This document shows, one piece after another, positions 45,504 through 54,506 of a DNA stretch of 64,000 nucleotides. The stretch spans positions 2,432 through 66,431 of the forward strand of contig CAVFYC010000003.1 of the NCBI GenBank assembly GCA_963626585.1, in the 5' to 3' direction. How positions within the stretch are numbered: position 1 is the first letter of the stretch; each line of letters begins with the position of its first letter. Below the pieces are notes generated by a model. The model saw only the letters and a program-made list of their open reading frames with translations, was not told the DNA's origin and did not search any database. A program made the translations under genes and the position numbers. The DNA comes from Christensenellaceae bacterium Phil1 (GTDB lineage Bacteria; Bacteroidota; Bacteroidia; Bacteroidales; Bacteroidaceae).

Positions 45504-47786
45504 TTAGAAATTTATGTGAGTAGCAAATTCCACAGTGAACGGACGGATATACGAGCCTGCCATCAGGTAGTTTTTGTAGGCCGAAACGTCTTCAAGCAAG
45601 TCGGCTGCGCCGATACTGCCCGAGCAACCTTTTTGGTTGAGGAAGTTGATGGCGTTGACAGAGAAACTTACGTTCTTGTTCAAGTTGTAATCCACACCGG
45701 CAAACGTTTCCCATCTTCCGTTGAAATAAAGAGTGTTTGTCTTGTTGATATATTGTTTGCTCTGATAGCGGAAACTTGCCCAGATACGGAATTTGTCGAA
45801 CGAATAGCTCGGGTCGAGTTCCACGATAACCTTGCTTACGCCGGTTGTAACCTTGTCGTTGAAATTATAGCTCTTTGATGTGCCGTCGGCAAACTGCGCA
45901 TTGATATTAAAGTTCTTGTATTTTGGATTCTGCAAAGTCAAAAGTCCGTGGAAACTGAATCCCTTGAACGGATTGAGCACTACGTCGGTGGTCCAGCCCA
46001 TTGTCTGAACATCGTTTGTGATAGGAATCGTAACAACGTCGGACGAATTGTTGGGATTGGTGAACTGCGTGCGGCTCTTGTAGTTGCTCTGACTTATGAG
46101 CGACACTTGCGAAACGAGTTGCATCCATGGAGTATTCCAGAAAACGCCGGCACGTCCGAGATGAATGTTCACTGCGTCGAGAATAGGCATATATGGTCCG
46201 CCGAAGTCCTGAGAATTGGGGTGCTGCATCGCATATACATATTCTGCTATCACACCAAAGCCGTGGCTTATGGTATAGCGTCCGTTGATTGTGGCCGCGG
46301 GATTTACCCAATGCTTGCTGAATGAAGTTATCTTGCCGTTGTTTACGCTGAAATTCACACTTCTTACGTTCTCTGCGTTAGTAGGATTTTCGTCCTTGGC
46401 ATTAGCGTAAGCAAAAGCGTTTTGTCCGCCAACCGAATAGTATTCTGCGCGCAATCCTGCCGAAAGCCACAGACGTTCCGTAGCCTGCCAGTCGTCCGAA
46501 GCATAGAGGGCAAATTTCGTTTCGTGGGCATCATAATATTCGCCTCCCGTATTGGCTGCGTATTCCTGCTCGCCGTTGTGTTTTAGCCAAACAGGATTTG
46601 CCTCTATAGTGTGGGCAAACACACCGGTGCTCGCTTTGATTCCCTGACGGTTCCACCAAGCATTTGCACCAAGGCGCCAACTGTGAGCATGATTCTTGCT
46701 CTTGCCGGTAAGTTCGGCTGTCGTTAGCCAATCACGCTCAAAGCCCACATCGCGGAGCAGGTAGCGGCTGTTGTAATTGCCCGTAAATACTTCGCCGGCT
46801 TTGTGAGTGCCGTTATCATAAGCATATGTAAATACATCGTCAGACGTAGCAGTTGCTACACCCGTACCAGCCAATTGCAGCATCGTGTAATAAGAATTGG
46901 CATAGTTGTATTTTGATGTAACGTCAAGGTCCATTCCATTTAGGAACTTATAATTTAGGTGCGCGGTCAAGCTATTGTTAAGCGCGTGCGTTCCGTCTTT
47001 GCGCGTAATGGTTTTCTTTTTGCCAGTCATAACGTCGAGGTATGTAAGTTCGCCATTGGCAGGCAGAAAACCGTCATGCCCAAGACTAAACCCATTGTAT
47101 TCCTTTACAGAACCGTCGCCAACATAAATAAATGGTCCGTAGGCATCACCAAGATTCTTGTTGTAGGAATAGCGATAGAAAAGGTCGAATTTGCCGCGTC
47201 CGTCATTCCAATCTTTTGAAATGGCAGCCTTGAACATTTTCATGTCGTTGGCATATTGAACGTCGGCAAGTTTGTTGCTTCCCGGATCGTGGTTTACATA
47301 TGCGCCAAGGGAGTAATGCCAACCGTCAGCAATCTTTCCGGCAAGCGCCACGTCAAAAGTTTGCTTGTTGAAGATATTTGTGGTATAGTTCACGTGGCCT
47401 TCAAATTTGTCGCTACCAGTGCGGGTGTTCGAAAGCACGGCGTAGTTTACCGAGCCGTTCTTAATTGCGCTCTCGCCAAGCGACATCAATCCCATGGAAC
47501 CGTGAGAAGCATTGCCCGTCCAATAAAGATAAGGCAAGCACGGCCAAATGTTATACGATACAGGCAGGCCGTCTTCGTAAATCGTAGCCGAAAGACTTGA
47601 CGGCAAACCAATGGAAATTTGTCTCGGTTGGTTGTCGCTTGATGCGTTGAGCATCACATTTCGGTTTTTTACTTCTTTAGTTTCGGGCACAGAGTCTTTC
47701 TCTATTTTCTCTTGTGCCATAACAGTTGTTGGTAGTATTAAAGCTGCGCCAAATAATAGCGGCAAAAGATTCTTTGGTGATTTCAT
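45504..47786 (-). CDS. TonB-dependent-receptor-like outer-membrane beta-barrel protein
   Basis: Signal peptide, plug-like N-terminal segment (..PRQISIGLPSS..TIYEDGLPVS..), long beta-rich body and C-terminal ..FATHINF ending in Phe. Confidence 0.65.
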   Translation of the reverse strand: MKSPKNLLPLLFGAALILPTTVMAQEKIEKDSVPETKEVKNRNVMLNASSDNQPRQISIGLPSSLSATIYEDGLPVSYNIWPCLPYLYWTGNASHGSMGLMSLGESAIKNGSVNYAVLSNTRTGSDKFEGHVNYTTNIFNKQTFDVALAGKIADGWHYSLGAYVNHDPGSNKLADVQYANDMKMFKAAISKDWNDGRGKFDLFYRYSYNKNLGDAYGPFIYVGDGSVKEYNGFSLGHDGFLPANGELTYLDVMTGKKKTITRKDGTHALNNSLTAHLNYKFLNGMDLDVTSKYNYANSYYTMLQLAGTGVATATSDDVFTYAYDNGTHKAGEVFTGNYNSRYLLRDVGFERDWLTTAELTGKSKNHAHSWRLGANAWWNRQGIKASTGVFAHTIEANPVWLKHNGEQEYAANTGGEYYDAHETKFALYASDDWQATERLWLSAGLRAEYYSVGGQNAFAYANAKDENPTNAENVRSVNFSVNNGKITSFSKHWVNPAATINGRYTISHGFGVIAEYVYAMQHPNSQDFGGPYMPILDAVNIHLGRAGVFWNTPWMQLVSQVSLISQSNYKSRTQFTNPNNSSDVVTIPITNDVQTMGWTTDVVLNPFKGFSFHGLLTLQNPKYKNFNINAQFADGTSKSYNFNDKVTTGVSKVIVELDPSYSFDKFRIWASFRYQSKQYINKTNTLYFNGRWETFAGVDYNLNKNVSFSVNAINFLNQKGCSGSIGAADLLEDVSAYKNYLMAGSYIRPFTVEFATHINF

Positions 47787-47813
47787 TGTTCTGGGTTTTA
47801 GATTTTTCTTATA

Positions 47814-50171
47814 TTATTTTTGTTCAGGCAATAGGCATGGACGCACTTTTTCGGTAACGCCGGAATTAATTTCTATGGAGGAAATGAGAGGTTGTACATC
47901 GGCGGCGTTTTTTGCAATCAAAATATTGTATGTGCCTGCCTCAACCTGCCATTGACTGTCTTTTTCATTAAAAGAAGCCAGGTCTTTGTAAGGAATCGCT
48001 ATGTTTACCTTTTCGCTTTGCCCTGGGTTAAGTTTTCTCGTTTTTGCGAATCCTTTCAGTTCGCGTGCCGGCTTATCCATATCTTTTCCCGGCGCAGATA
48101 CATAGACTTGCACAACTTCTTTACCGGCTACTTTTCCTGTGTTTTTAACTTCTATATTGACGTTGATATTCCCCTTGCTGTCTTTGCTTATTGCAGGCTT
48201 GCCGTATTTGAAAGAGGTATAGCTCAGACCATATCCGAATGGGTAGGCAACGGCAACGTTTTTTGTTCCATAGTAACGGTATCCTACGTAAATTCCGTCG
48301 TTATATTCTGTGTAGTCGAAGTTTTTACGTTCACCCGTTGTGCGGACATTAGAAAATCCTTTCAAAGATTCTACAAGTTGGTCGTCGCTGATTTCATCGG
48401 GAGTGGGGAAGTCGTTTTTCGAAGGAACGTCGTTGTAGCTAATAGGCCAAGTCATAGGCAGACGACCAGAAGGACATTCTTTACCTGTTAGGATATCAGC
48501 AACCGAATTACCGCCTTCTTGTCCCGGTAGCCAAGCTACGAGCACGGCGTCAGGATTGTTTATCCAACTTTGGGTTTCTATCACACCGCAAACATTGAGT
48601 ATTACCACAACCTTCTTGCCTACTTTATGAAATGCAGCGCATACAGTTTTTATCATATCCTTTTCAGCATCGGTCAAGTTGAAGTTATCAGAAATATAGC
48701 GGTCTGCAAATTCTCCCGAAGTCTTGCCAATTGTGATTATAGCGGCATCGTTTGTCTTTGCTGCGGTTTGTAATTCCGATGCCGTGAGATTCATTTCAGG
48801 AATGAGATGTTTTGGTAGAAATTTCGCGAAATCTCCTTGTGGCTGTTTGGTTTTTGCGGTAGCTTCCGGGATATATTTGTCGTATAGTTCCTTGACATTA
48901 TTGTCTATGGAGAAACCTGCATTAGTCAATCCGTCAACCAAATTCACTACATAGGCATGGTTTACGTCTCCCGAGCCAGTTCCGCCTGCTATAAACTCGT
49001 ATGAACTGCGTCCGAACACAGCAAGTTGATGTGTCTTGCCTTTAAGAGGTAGCGTGTTCTTGAGATTTTTCAACAACACCATACCTTCTGTGGCCGCATT
49101 GCGCGTAACTTGTGCGTGAGCTTTGAGATCGGGATTGTTGTCTGCGGTATAATTCTTGTAACGTGGCGTTTTAAGGATATACTCAAGTATATGTTTTACG
49201 TTGCGGTCTATAATGTCCATCGAAAGATGCCCGTTAAGAACTGCTTTTTTTATTTCTTCGCGCTGCGCGAGCTTCCCGGGCATAAGCAAATCGTTGCCGG
49301 CTTCCATTTGAGCCACCGCGTTTTTTCCGCCATACCAATCGGTCATTACCATTCCCTTGAATCCCCATTCGCGACGCAAGATTTCTGTAATAAGGTCGCA
49401 GCGTTCGCTCGCCATAGTGCCGTTGATTTTATTGTATGAGGTCATAACGGTCCAAGGTTGCGCTTCTTTTACCACAATTTCGAAAGGTTTGAGATAAAGT
49501 TCGCGGAAAGTTCTCGGAGAACCGATTACATTATTGCTTGTGCGGTTTGTTTCCTGATTATTGAGCGCAAAATGTTTAAGAGATGTCCCAACGCCGTTGC
49601 TCTGTACGCCGTTAACCATCGAAGCGCAGATTTTTCCTGCGAGTAGAGGGTCTTCGGAATAATACTCAAAGTTACGCCCGTTAAGGGGATTGCGATGAAT
49701 GTTTGTGGCCGGCGCAAGCAACACGTCAACTCCGTAATGTTTCACTTCGTCGCCCATGGCAGCTCCAACCTGGTGTATAAGTTCCGTATTCCAAGTGGAA
49801 CTCATTACCGTTGCTACGGGGAAGTGGGTGCAATAAAAGGTTTGGGTGGTTCCTTCGCGCGTGGGATTGATACGAAGTCCGGCCGGGCCGTCGGCAACTA
49901 CTGTGGTAGGAATTCCAAGGCGTGTGTTGCCGTTGATTTGTCCTGCCGCTCCGGGCACAAGTTCCGAAGCATTTCCGATTGTAGCCGTGGCATCGGTAGC
50001 TTCATTGCCTGTTGAACCAATTAGAAGGTTTAGTTTCTCGTCAAGTGTCATGGCGTTAACCACACTGTCGAGCGGCGAAACTCCAAAACGAGGAGTTTGT
50101 GCCATGCCTGTAGCGCAAATTGCGGCAAGGCATACTGTGATAATGGGTCTGTACATAATTGTAAGTTTCAA
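47814..50171 (-). CDS. Glycoside hydrolase family 3 (beta-glucosidase/BglX-like) with a C-terminal Fn3-like domain
   Basis: ..KHFALNNQETNR.., nucleophile region ..GFKGMVMTDW.., 785 aa with a signal peptide. Confidence 0.9.
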   Translation of the reverse strand: MKLTIMYRPIITVCLAAICATGMAQTPRFGVSPLDSVVNAMTLDEKLNLLIGSTGNEATDATATIGNASELVPGAAGQINGNTRLGIPTTVVADGPAGLRINPTREGTTQTFYCTHFPVATVMSSTWNTELIHQVGAAMGDEVKHYGVDVLLAPATNIHRNPLNGRNFEYYSEDPLLAGKICASMVNGVQSNGVGTSLKHFALNNQETNRTSNNVIGSPRTFRELYLKPFEIVVKEAQPWTVMTSYNKINGTMASERCDLITEILRREWGFKGMVMTDWYGGKNAVAQMEAGNDLLMPGKLAQREEIKKAVLNGHLSMDIIDRNVKHILEYILKTPRYKNYTADNNPDLKAHAQVTRNAATEGMVLLKNLKNTLPLKGKTHQLAVFGRSSYEFIAGGTGSGDVNHAYVVNLVDGLTNAGFSIDNNVKELYDKYIPEATAKTKQPQGDFAKFLPKHLIPEMNLTASELQTAAKTNDAAIITIGKTSGEFADRYISDNFNLTDAEKDMIKTVCAAFHKVGKKVVVILNVCGVIETQSWINNPDAVLVAWLPGQEGGNSVADILTGKECPSGRLPMTWPISYNDVPSKNDFPTPDEISDDQLVESLKGFSNVRTTGERKNFDYTEYNDGIYVGYRYYGTKNVAVAYPFGYGLSYTSFKYGKPAISKDSKGNINVNIEVKNTGKVAGKEVVQVYVSAPGKDMDKPARELKGFAKTRKLNPGQSEKVNIAIPYKDLASFNEKDSQWQVEAGTYNILIAKNAADVQPLISSIEINSGVTEKVRPCLLPEQK

Positions 50172-50194
50172 TTTTTAGGTTTTTAACTTGGCAG

Positions 50195-50202
50195 CAAAAT
50201 TA
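50195..50202 (-). promoter_or_regulatory. -7 box TAATTTTG (minus strand) upstream of the GH3 gene
   Basis: The plus strand reads CAAAATTA, 24 nt upstream of ATG 50171. Confidence 0.5.
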
Positions 50203-50493
50203 AGATGCTTGCGCGTTGTCTGTATGCGCAGGTAAACGCAAAAGTAAATCGTGGTAATTTTTATGTTTTTGAAAATGTGGAGAATAGAAAGATTTTTTGC
50301 CTTGCCAAAGTAAACTGATTTGGGTGTCAGAGTAAGGCGGTTTCATTTAGTTTTTATTCTATTTGTTGTTGTAGTACGTAGGTGGTGAAACAAAAATTAC
50401 AGGGTATGAAATATTTTTATATGGTGCAGAGTTGTGAAATCGCGGAGCGCAACTTGTAAAATTGAAAAAGGGAATAAAAAAGGCTTGGTGGGT

Positions 50494-50546
50494 GTAAAAA
50501 CAAATATGGTGCACCATGATTGGTGCACCATATCGTTGTCTTTTTT
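50494..50546. terminator. Bidirectional terminator hairpin downstream of the 183-aa gene
   Basis: ATATGGTGCACC (50504-50515) pairs perfectly with GGTGCACCATAT (50522-50533) around a 6-nt loop. T-runs are present on both strands. Confidence 0.7.
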
Positions 50547-50558
50547 ATTGTATGCTTT

Positions 50559-51110
50559 TTATCTTGGAGGGAGTGTTTCTCCGAGATATTTATAGGTGAA
50601 ATTTTTGCCTTTTGAAGAAGGGAATTGTGAACGGAGGTCCACATCCTGGCGATTGCGCAAGTGCTGGATAATTCTCATATAGCATTCCTGCGGACTGTGT
50701 GCCTTTACGCGTGCCACGAATGGGGTGTCGCGATATTGGAACTTGCCTGTGCCGGGAATGGGTATGACGCGCTTGAAAAGCAACGAACCTTCATACCAGC
50801 CTGGTTTGTCCTCGTTGAGCTCCATTTGCTTTTCGCTTTTTATTTGTCCCGTAACGCTTTGGTTGCTCTTGCGGTTGTTTGACTTGAATTCTTCCATTGT
50901 CTCGGCAGTTGTCTTGATAACAATAAAATATATCTTTGGAGCCAACTTGTAACGTTTGGGGTATGCCACAGAACTCTCTGCAAACGAACGTAGGTCTTTT
51001 TGCATAGAATTTTCTAGCTTGACTTCCGGAATGGAATTGAGAAAGTCAATTGCTTCATCGGCGTTGTGAGCGAGAATTTCTTGATTGAAATATCTGATGT
51101 ATAGATTCAT
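50559..51110 (-). CDS. Hypothetical protein
   Basis: 183-aa ORF with no signal peptide and no motif I recognise. It is followed by a strong terminator. Confidence 0.55.
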   Translation of the reverse strand: MNLYIRYFNQEILAHNADEAIDFLNSIPEVKLENSMQKDLRSFAESSVAYPKRYKLAPKIYFIVIKTTAETMEEFKSNNRKSNQSVTGQIKSEKQMELNEDKPGWYEGSLLFKRVIPIPGTGKFQYRDTPFVARVKAHSPQECYMRIIQHLRNRQDVDLRSQFPSSKGKNFTYKYLGETLPPR

Positions 51111-51211
51111 TTTACACTTCGACTATAATGGCAAATGCCTATTATAGTATATTTGCTTTAAGATTAATTTTCGATAATAGAGTATTGCAAATATCTGCAA
51201 TAAAAACAAAG

Positions 51212-51284
51212 AGCGGCAAACGAGACTCGGACTCGCGACCTCAACCTTGGCAAGGTTGCGCTCTACCAACTGAGCTATTGCCGC
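51212..51284 (-). tRNA. tRNA-Gly (anticodon GCC)
   Basis: Minus strand reads GCGGCAATAGCTCAGTTGGTAGAGCGCAACCTTGCCAAGGTTGAGGTCGCGAGTCCGAGTCTCGTTTGCCGCT. It folds as a cloverleaf with a 7-bp acceptor stem and anticodon loop TTGCCAA; CCA is not encoded. Confidence 0.9.
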
Positions 51285-51316
51285 ATTTCGTGCAGTGCAT
51301 TTCTCTAAATGCGATG

Positions 51317-51324
51317 CAAAAGTA
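51317..51324 (-). promoter_or_regulatory. -7 box TACTTTTG (minus strand) upstream of tRNA-Gly
   Basis: The plus strand reads CAAAAGTA, 33 nt upstream of the tRNA 5' end. Confidence 0.5.
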
Positions 51325-51466
51325 AGGCTTTTCTCGATACCAGCCAAATTTTTGCGCAAGAAAATTGTGAAACGCGGTAATTTTCCTTTGCGCAAGGTTT
51401 CGCGGATTTTTGTACACGGATATTTGCGTGGTGAAGTTTGTATTTGTTTTATAGCAGATTATGAGT

Positions 51467-51580
51467 GGGTTTTACGAGATGCGTTTGGCGCTTTTACGAG
51501 GTCAGACATAATTTAAATTCCGACGCATCTAATTTAAATTTCATGGCCCGGAGTTTTTACGAGATGCCGTGTTGTTTTTG
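51467..51580 (+). repeat. Mosaic palindromic intergenic repeat, copy I
   Basis: GGGTTTTACG|AGATGCGTTTG|GCGCTTTTACG|AGGTCAGACAT|AATTTAAATT|CCGACGCATCT|AATTTAAATT|TCATGGCCCGG|AGTTTTTACG|AGATGCCGTGT. Words start at 51477, 51499, 51520, 51541 and 51562. There is no complementary word pair. Confidence 0.9.
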
Positions 51581-51679
51581 CAGGGTGGATTTTCCGCTTT
51601 CCAAGAGGTATATTGGGGACAGAAAAAAGGGTATAGAACTAAATAAATGGGGTGGGGCGCGTGTTTTGTTCTGTTTTCG

Positions 51680-51687
51680 TATATTTG
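51680..51687 (+). promoter_or_regulatory. -7 box TATATTTG upstream of the ABC-2 permease gene
   Basis: TAnnTTTG match, 31 nt before ATG 51718. Confidence 0.55.
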
Positions 51688-51717
51688 TGCACGAAAGAAA
51701 GGTATTAACTGTAAGTT

Positions 51718-53019
51718 ATGAACAAGATTGGAATTGTTGTAAGACGTGAGTTCGGGTATAGGGTGAAAAAACGCTCCTTTATTATTCTTACTATATTAAT
51801 GCCGTTTCTTATGGCGGCGGTGGTAATGGTGCCTTTGTTGCTGTCTTCGCTGAAAGGCGAGGAAGTAAAGGAAGTTGTGGTGGTGGACCATACCGGAATG
51901 TATGCCCCTTGTTTCAAAAGCGATGGCAACTTTAAATATATAGTAGGCGACCGCATGCGCTCGGAATACCGCGAAGAGGAAAATGAAACCTATGCCGTGG
52001 TTTCGATATGGGACGATTTGACAAAAGATCCAACTGCTGCGCGGATTTATTCCAAGAAAGAGGTGTCTTCCGACCTGCTAAGGGCTGTGAATAATGTGTT
52101 GGGACAGAAAATCAAGGATCAAAAACTGTCGGCTTTCAATATCCCGGGATTGAACGACGTGGTGAAGCAATGCGAAGAGGGGTATGAAATACGCACTGTT
52201 AAGTGGTCGGACAACGGAGATGAGAAAGAGTCGAATACAGATGTGGCCATGTTTGTAGGAATATTCTTTACAATACTTATATATATGTTTGTGCTAACCT
52301 ACGGCACAATGGTGATGCAAAGCGTTACCGAGGAAAAATCTAACAGAATAGTGGAATTGATGGTGTCGTCGGTAAAGCCTTTCACGTTGATGATGGGAAA
52401 AATCATAGGTGTGGCACTCGTGGGCTTGCTTCAAATGATGATTTGGGGAGTGATGCTTTTCGTTATTCTCGGAATTGTTGGCGTGGCGTTTGGAGTAGGC
52501 GACGTTTCGCTGCTTGGCGCCGGCGGTGTGAACGCAATGGGGGCAGATGCCGTGCAAAACGCTGATGCGGCGCAGATATTCCATGTGTTAAGAGGAATGA
52601 ACTTCGTGGAAATAATATTGATGGTTGTAGTTTATTTCATAGGCGGCTATTTATTATATGCGTCCTTCTTTGCAGGCGTGGGCTCGGCTATCAATTCAAG
52701 CGAAGACACGGGGCAGTTTGTCGCTCCCACTATGGTGGTGATGGCGTTTGCTCTGTATGCCGGAATGTTCAGCATAGAAAATCCCGACGGCTCGCTCGCT
52801 TTTTGGTGCTCCATGATTCCGCTCACTTCGCCGATTGTAATGATGGTGCGCATACCTTTCGGCGTTCCTTTGTGGCAGGAAATCGTGTCGGTGGTGCTGC
52901 TTTATTTTACGGCAATATCTATGGTGTGGATTGCAGGAAGGATTTATCGCGTGGGCATACTGATGTATGGAAAGAAACCGTCGATTGTGGAACTCTTGAA
53001 GTGGGTGAAGTATAAATGA
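51718..53019 (+). CDS. ABC-2 type transporter permease (NatB-like)
   Basis: N-terminal TM helix, ~150-aa extracytoplasmic loop, then 5-6 C-terminal TM helices (..SVTEEKSNRIVELMVSSVKPF..). Confidence 0.8.
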   Translation: MNKIGIVVRREFGYRVKKRSFIILTILMPFLMAAVVMVPLLLSSLKGEEVKEVVVVDHTGMYAPCFKSDGNFKYIVGDRMRSEYREEENETYAVVSIWDDLTKDPTAARIYSKKEVSSDLLRAVNNVLGQKIKDQKLSAFNIPGLNDVVKQCEEGYEIRTVKWSDNGDEKESNTDVAMFVGIFFTILIYMFVLTYGTMVMQSVTEEKSNRIVELMVSSVKPFTLMMGKIIGVALVGLLQMMIWGVMLFVILGIVGVAFGVGDVSLLGAGGVNAMGADAVQNADAAQIFHVLRGMNFVEIILMVVVYFIGGYLLYASFFAGVGSAINSSEDTGQFVAPTMVVMAFALYAGMFSIENPDGSLAFWCSMIPLTSPIVMMVRIPFGVPLWQEIVSVVLLYFTAISMVWIAGRIYRVGILMYGKKPSIVELLKWVKYK

Positions 53020-53064
53020 GTGGCAATATGTGGAAATTACTTTCCCTGTGTCGGAAAAATAAAT

Positions 53065-53072
53065 TACTTTTG
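53065..53072 (+). promoter_or_regulatory. -7 box TACTTTTG upstream of purB
   Basis: TAnnTTTG match, 19 nt before ATG 53091. Confidence 0.55.
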
Positions 53073-53090
53073 CACTTAAAATAGAACACA

Positions 53091-54440
53091 ATGGAATTGG
53101 ATATATTGAATGCTGTAAGTCCGGTTGACGGACGCTATCGCGCAAAGAGCGAACCTCTTTCACCCTATTTCTCGGAATACGCATTGATAAAGTATCGCGT
53201 GAAAGTTGAAATCGAGTATTTTATTTGGCTTTGCGAGATGCCGTTGCCTCAGCTCAAGGATTTCAACAGCAACAACTTTGCTGCGCTTAGAAGCATCTAC
53301 CAGAATTTCTCGGAAACCGACGCACAATCGGTGAAAGAGATAGAAAAGACCACCAACCACGACGTGAAGGCCGTGGAATATTTCATCAAAGGAAAATTTG
53401 ACGAGATAGGCGGTATGGAAGACTTCAAGGAGTTTATCCATTTCGGGCTTACATCACAAGATATAAACAACACGTCTTTCCCGATGATGATAGGCGATGC
53501 AATTAAAGAGGTATTCGCTCCGGAAGTTCAGGCTCTTGTTGACAAACTGAACGGCTTGGCTGAAGAATGGAAGGGCATTCCTATGCTCGCTCACACTCAT
53601 GGACAGCCTGCTTCGCCCACTCGTCTTGGCAAAGAGATAAAAGTTTTCGCCTATCGCCTGGAACGTCAGTTTGAGCAACTGAAAGGTTTGAAAATAACGG
53701 CGAAATTCGGCGGCGCAACGGGTAATTTCAACGCTCATCATGTGGCTTATCCCGAAATAGACTGGAAAGCGCAGGCTAATAAGTTCCTTGAAGAACGCCT
53801 CGGGCTTGAACGCGAACAATATACCACACAGATTTCCAATTACGACGGACTTGCTGCCGTTTTGGACGCATTGAAGCGCATCAATACGGTAATCATGGAT
53901 CTCGATCGCGACTTCTGGACGTATATCTCCATGAACTATTTCAAACAGAAGATTAAACAAGGCGAAGTTGGCAGTTCTGCAATGCCCCATAAAGTGAATC
54001 CTATAGATTATGAGAACTCTGAAGGAAACCTCGGCGTGGCAAATGCACTCTACGAGCATCTTTCGAGAAAACTTCCGCTTTCGCGTCTGCAAAGAGACCT
54101 TACCGATAGCACTGTGATACGTAATCTTGGAGTGCCGATGGCTCATTCCATTATCGCAATCAAGAGTACGCTCAAAGGTCTCGATAAACTTTTGTTGCAT
54201 CGCGAGTCGATTGACGCCGATCTGGAAAACAATTGGGAAGTTGTGGCAGAAGCAATACAGACAATCCTGCGCCGCGAACGTTTCCCGCACCCTTATGAAA
54301 CGTTGAAAGCCTTGACGCGAACCAACAAGAAGATAAATCAGCAGGATATCGCAGAATTTATAAACGGACTCGATATTCGCGACGAAGTGAAGGCAGAACT
54401 TCTGAAAATAACCCCACAAAATTATGTGGGAATATTCTGA
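53091..54440 (+). CDS. purB: Adenylosuccinate lyase
   Basis: ..VDGRY.., ..HFGLTSQDINNT.., signature GSSAMPHKVNP. Confidence 0.95.
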   Translation: MELDILNAVSPVDGRYRAKSEPLSPYFSEYALIKYRVKVEIEYFIWLCEMPLPQLKDFNSNNFAALRSIYQNFSETDAQSVKEIEKTTNHDVKAVEYFIKGKFDEIGGMEDFKEFIHFGLTSQDINNTSFPMMIGDAIKEVFAPEVQALVDKLNGLAEEWKGIPMLAHTHGQPASPTRLGKEIKVFAYRLERQFEQLKGLKITAKFGGATGNFNAHHVAYPEIDWKAQANKFLEERLGLEREQYTTQISNYDGLAAVLDALKRINTVIMDLDRDFWTYISMNYFKQKIKQGEVGSSAMPHKVNPIDYENSEGNLGVANALYEHLSRKLPLSRLQRDLTDSTVIRNLGVPMAHSIIAIKSTLKGLDKLLLHRESIDADLENNWEVVAEAIQTILRRERFPHPYETLKALTRTNKKINQQDIAEFINGLDIRDEVKAELLKITPQNYVGIF

Positions 54441-54506
54441 AGCGAAAACAAAGACAAATACGCCGAAAAATGGCGTTAATATATTAATTAAATAAATTAA
54501 TCCGTG

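Noticed and set aside
50201-50222. AAGATGCTTGCGCGTTGTCTG near the GH3 promoter resembles the AGATGCCTTGT / AGATGCGTTGT repeat words.
   Set aside because: It is a single partial match with no flanking AATTTAAATT or AGTTTTTACG spacer and no 21-nt register, so it is probably chance.
51111-51580. The tRNA-Gly neighbourhood could be an integration site for a mobile element or prophage remnant.
   Set aside because: There is no integrase or phage-like gene nearby, I saw no direct repeat of the tRNA 3' end, and the flanking genes are ordinary chromosomal genes.
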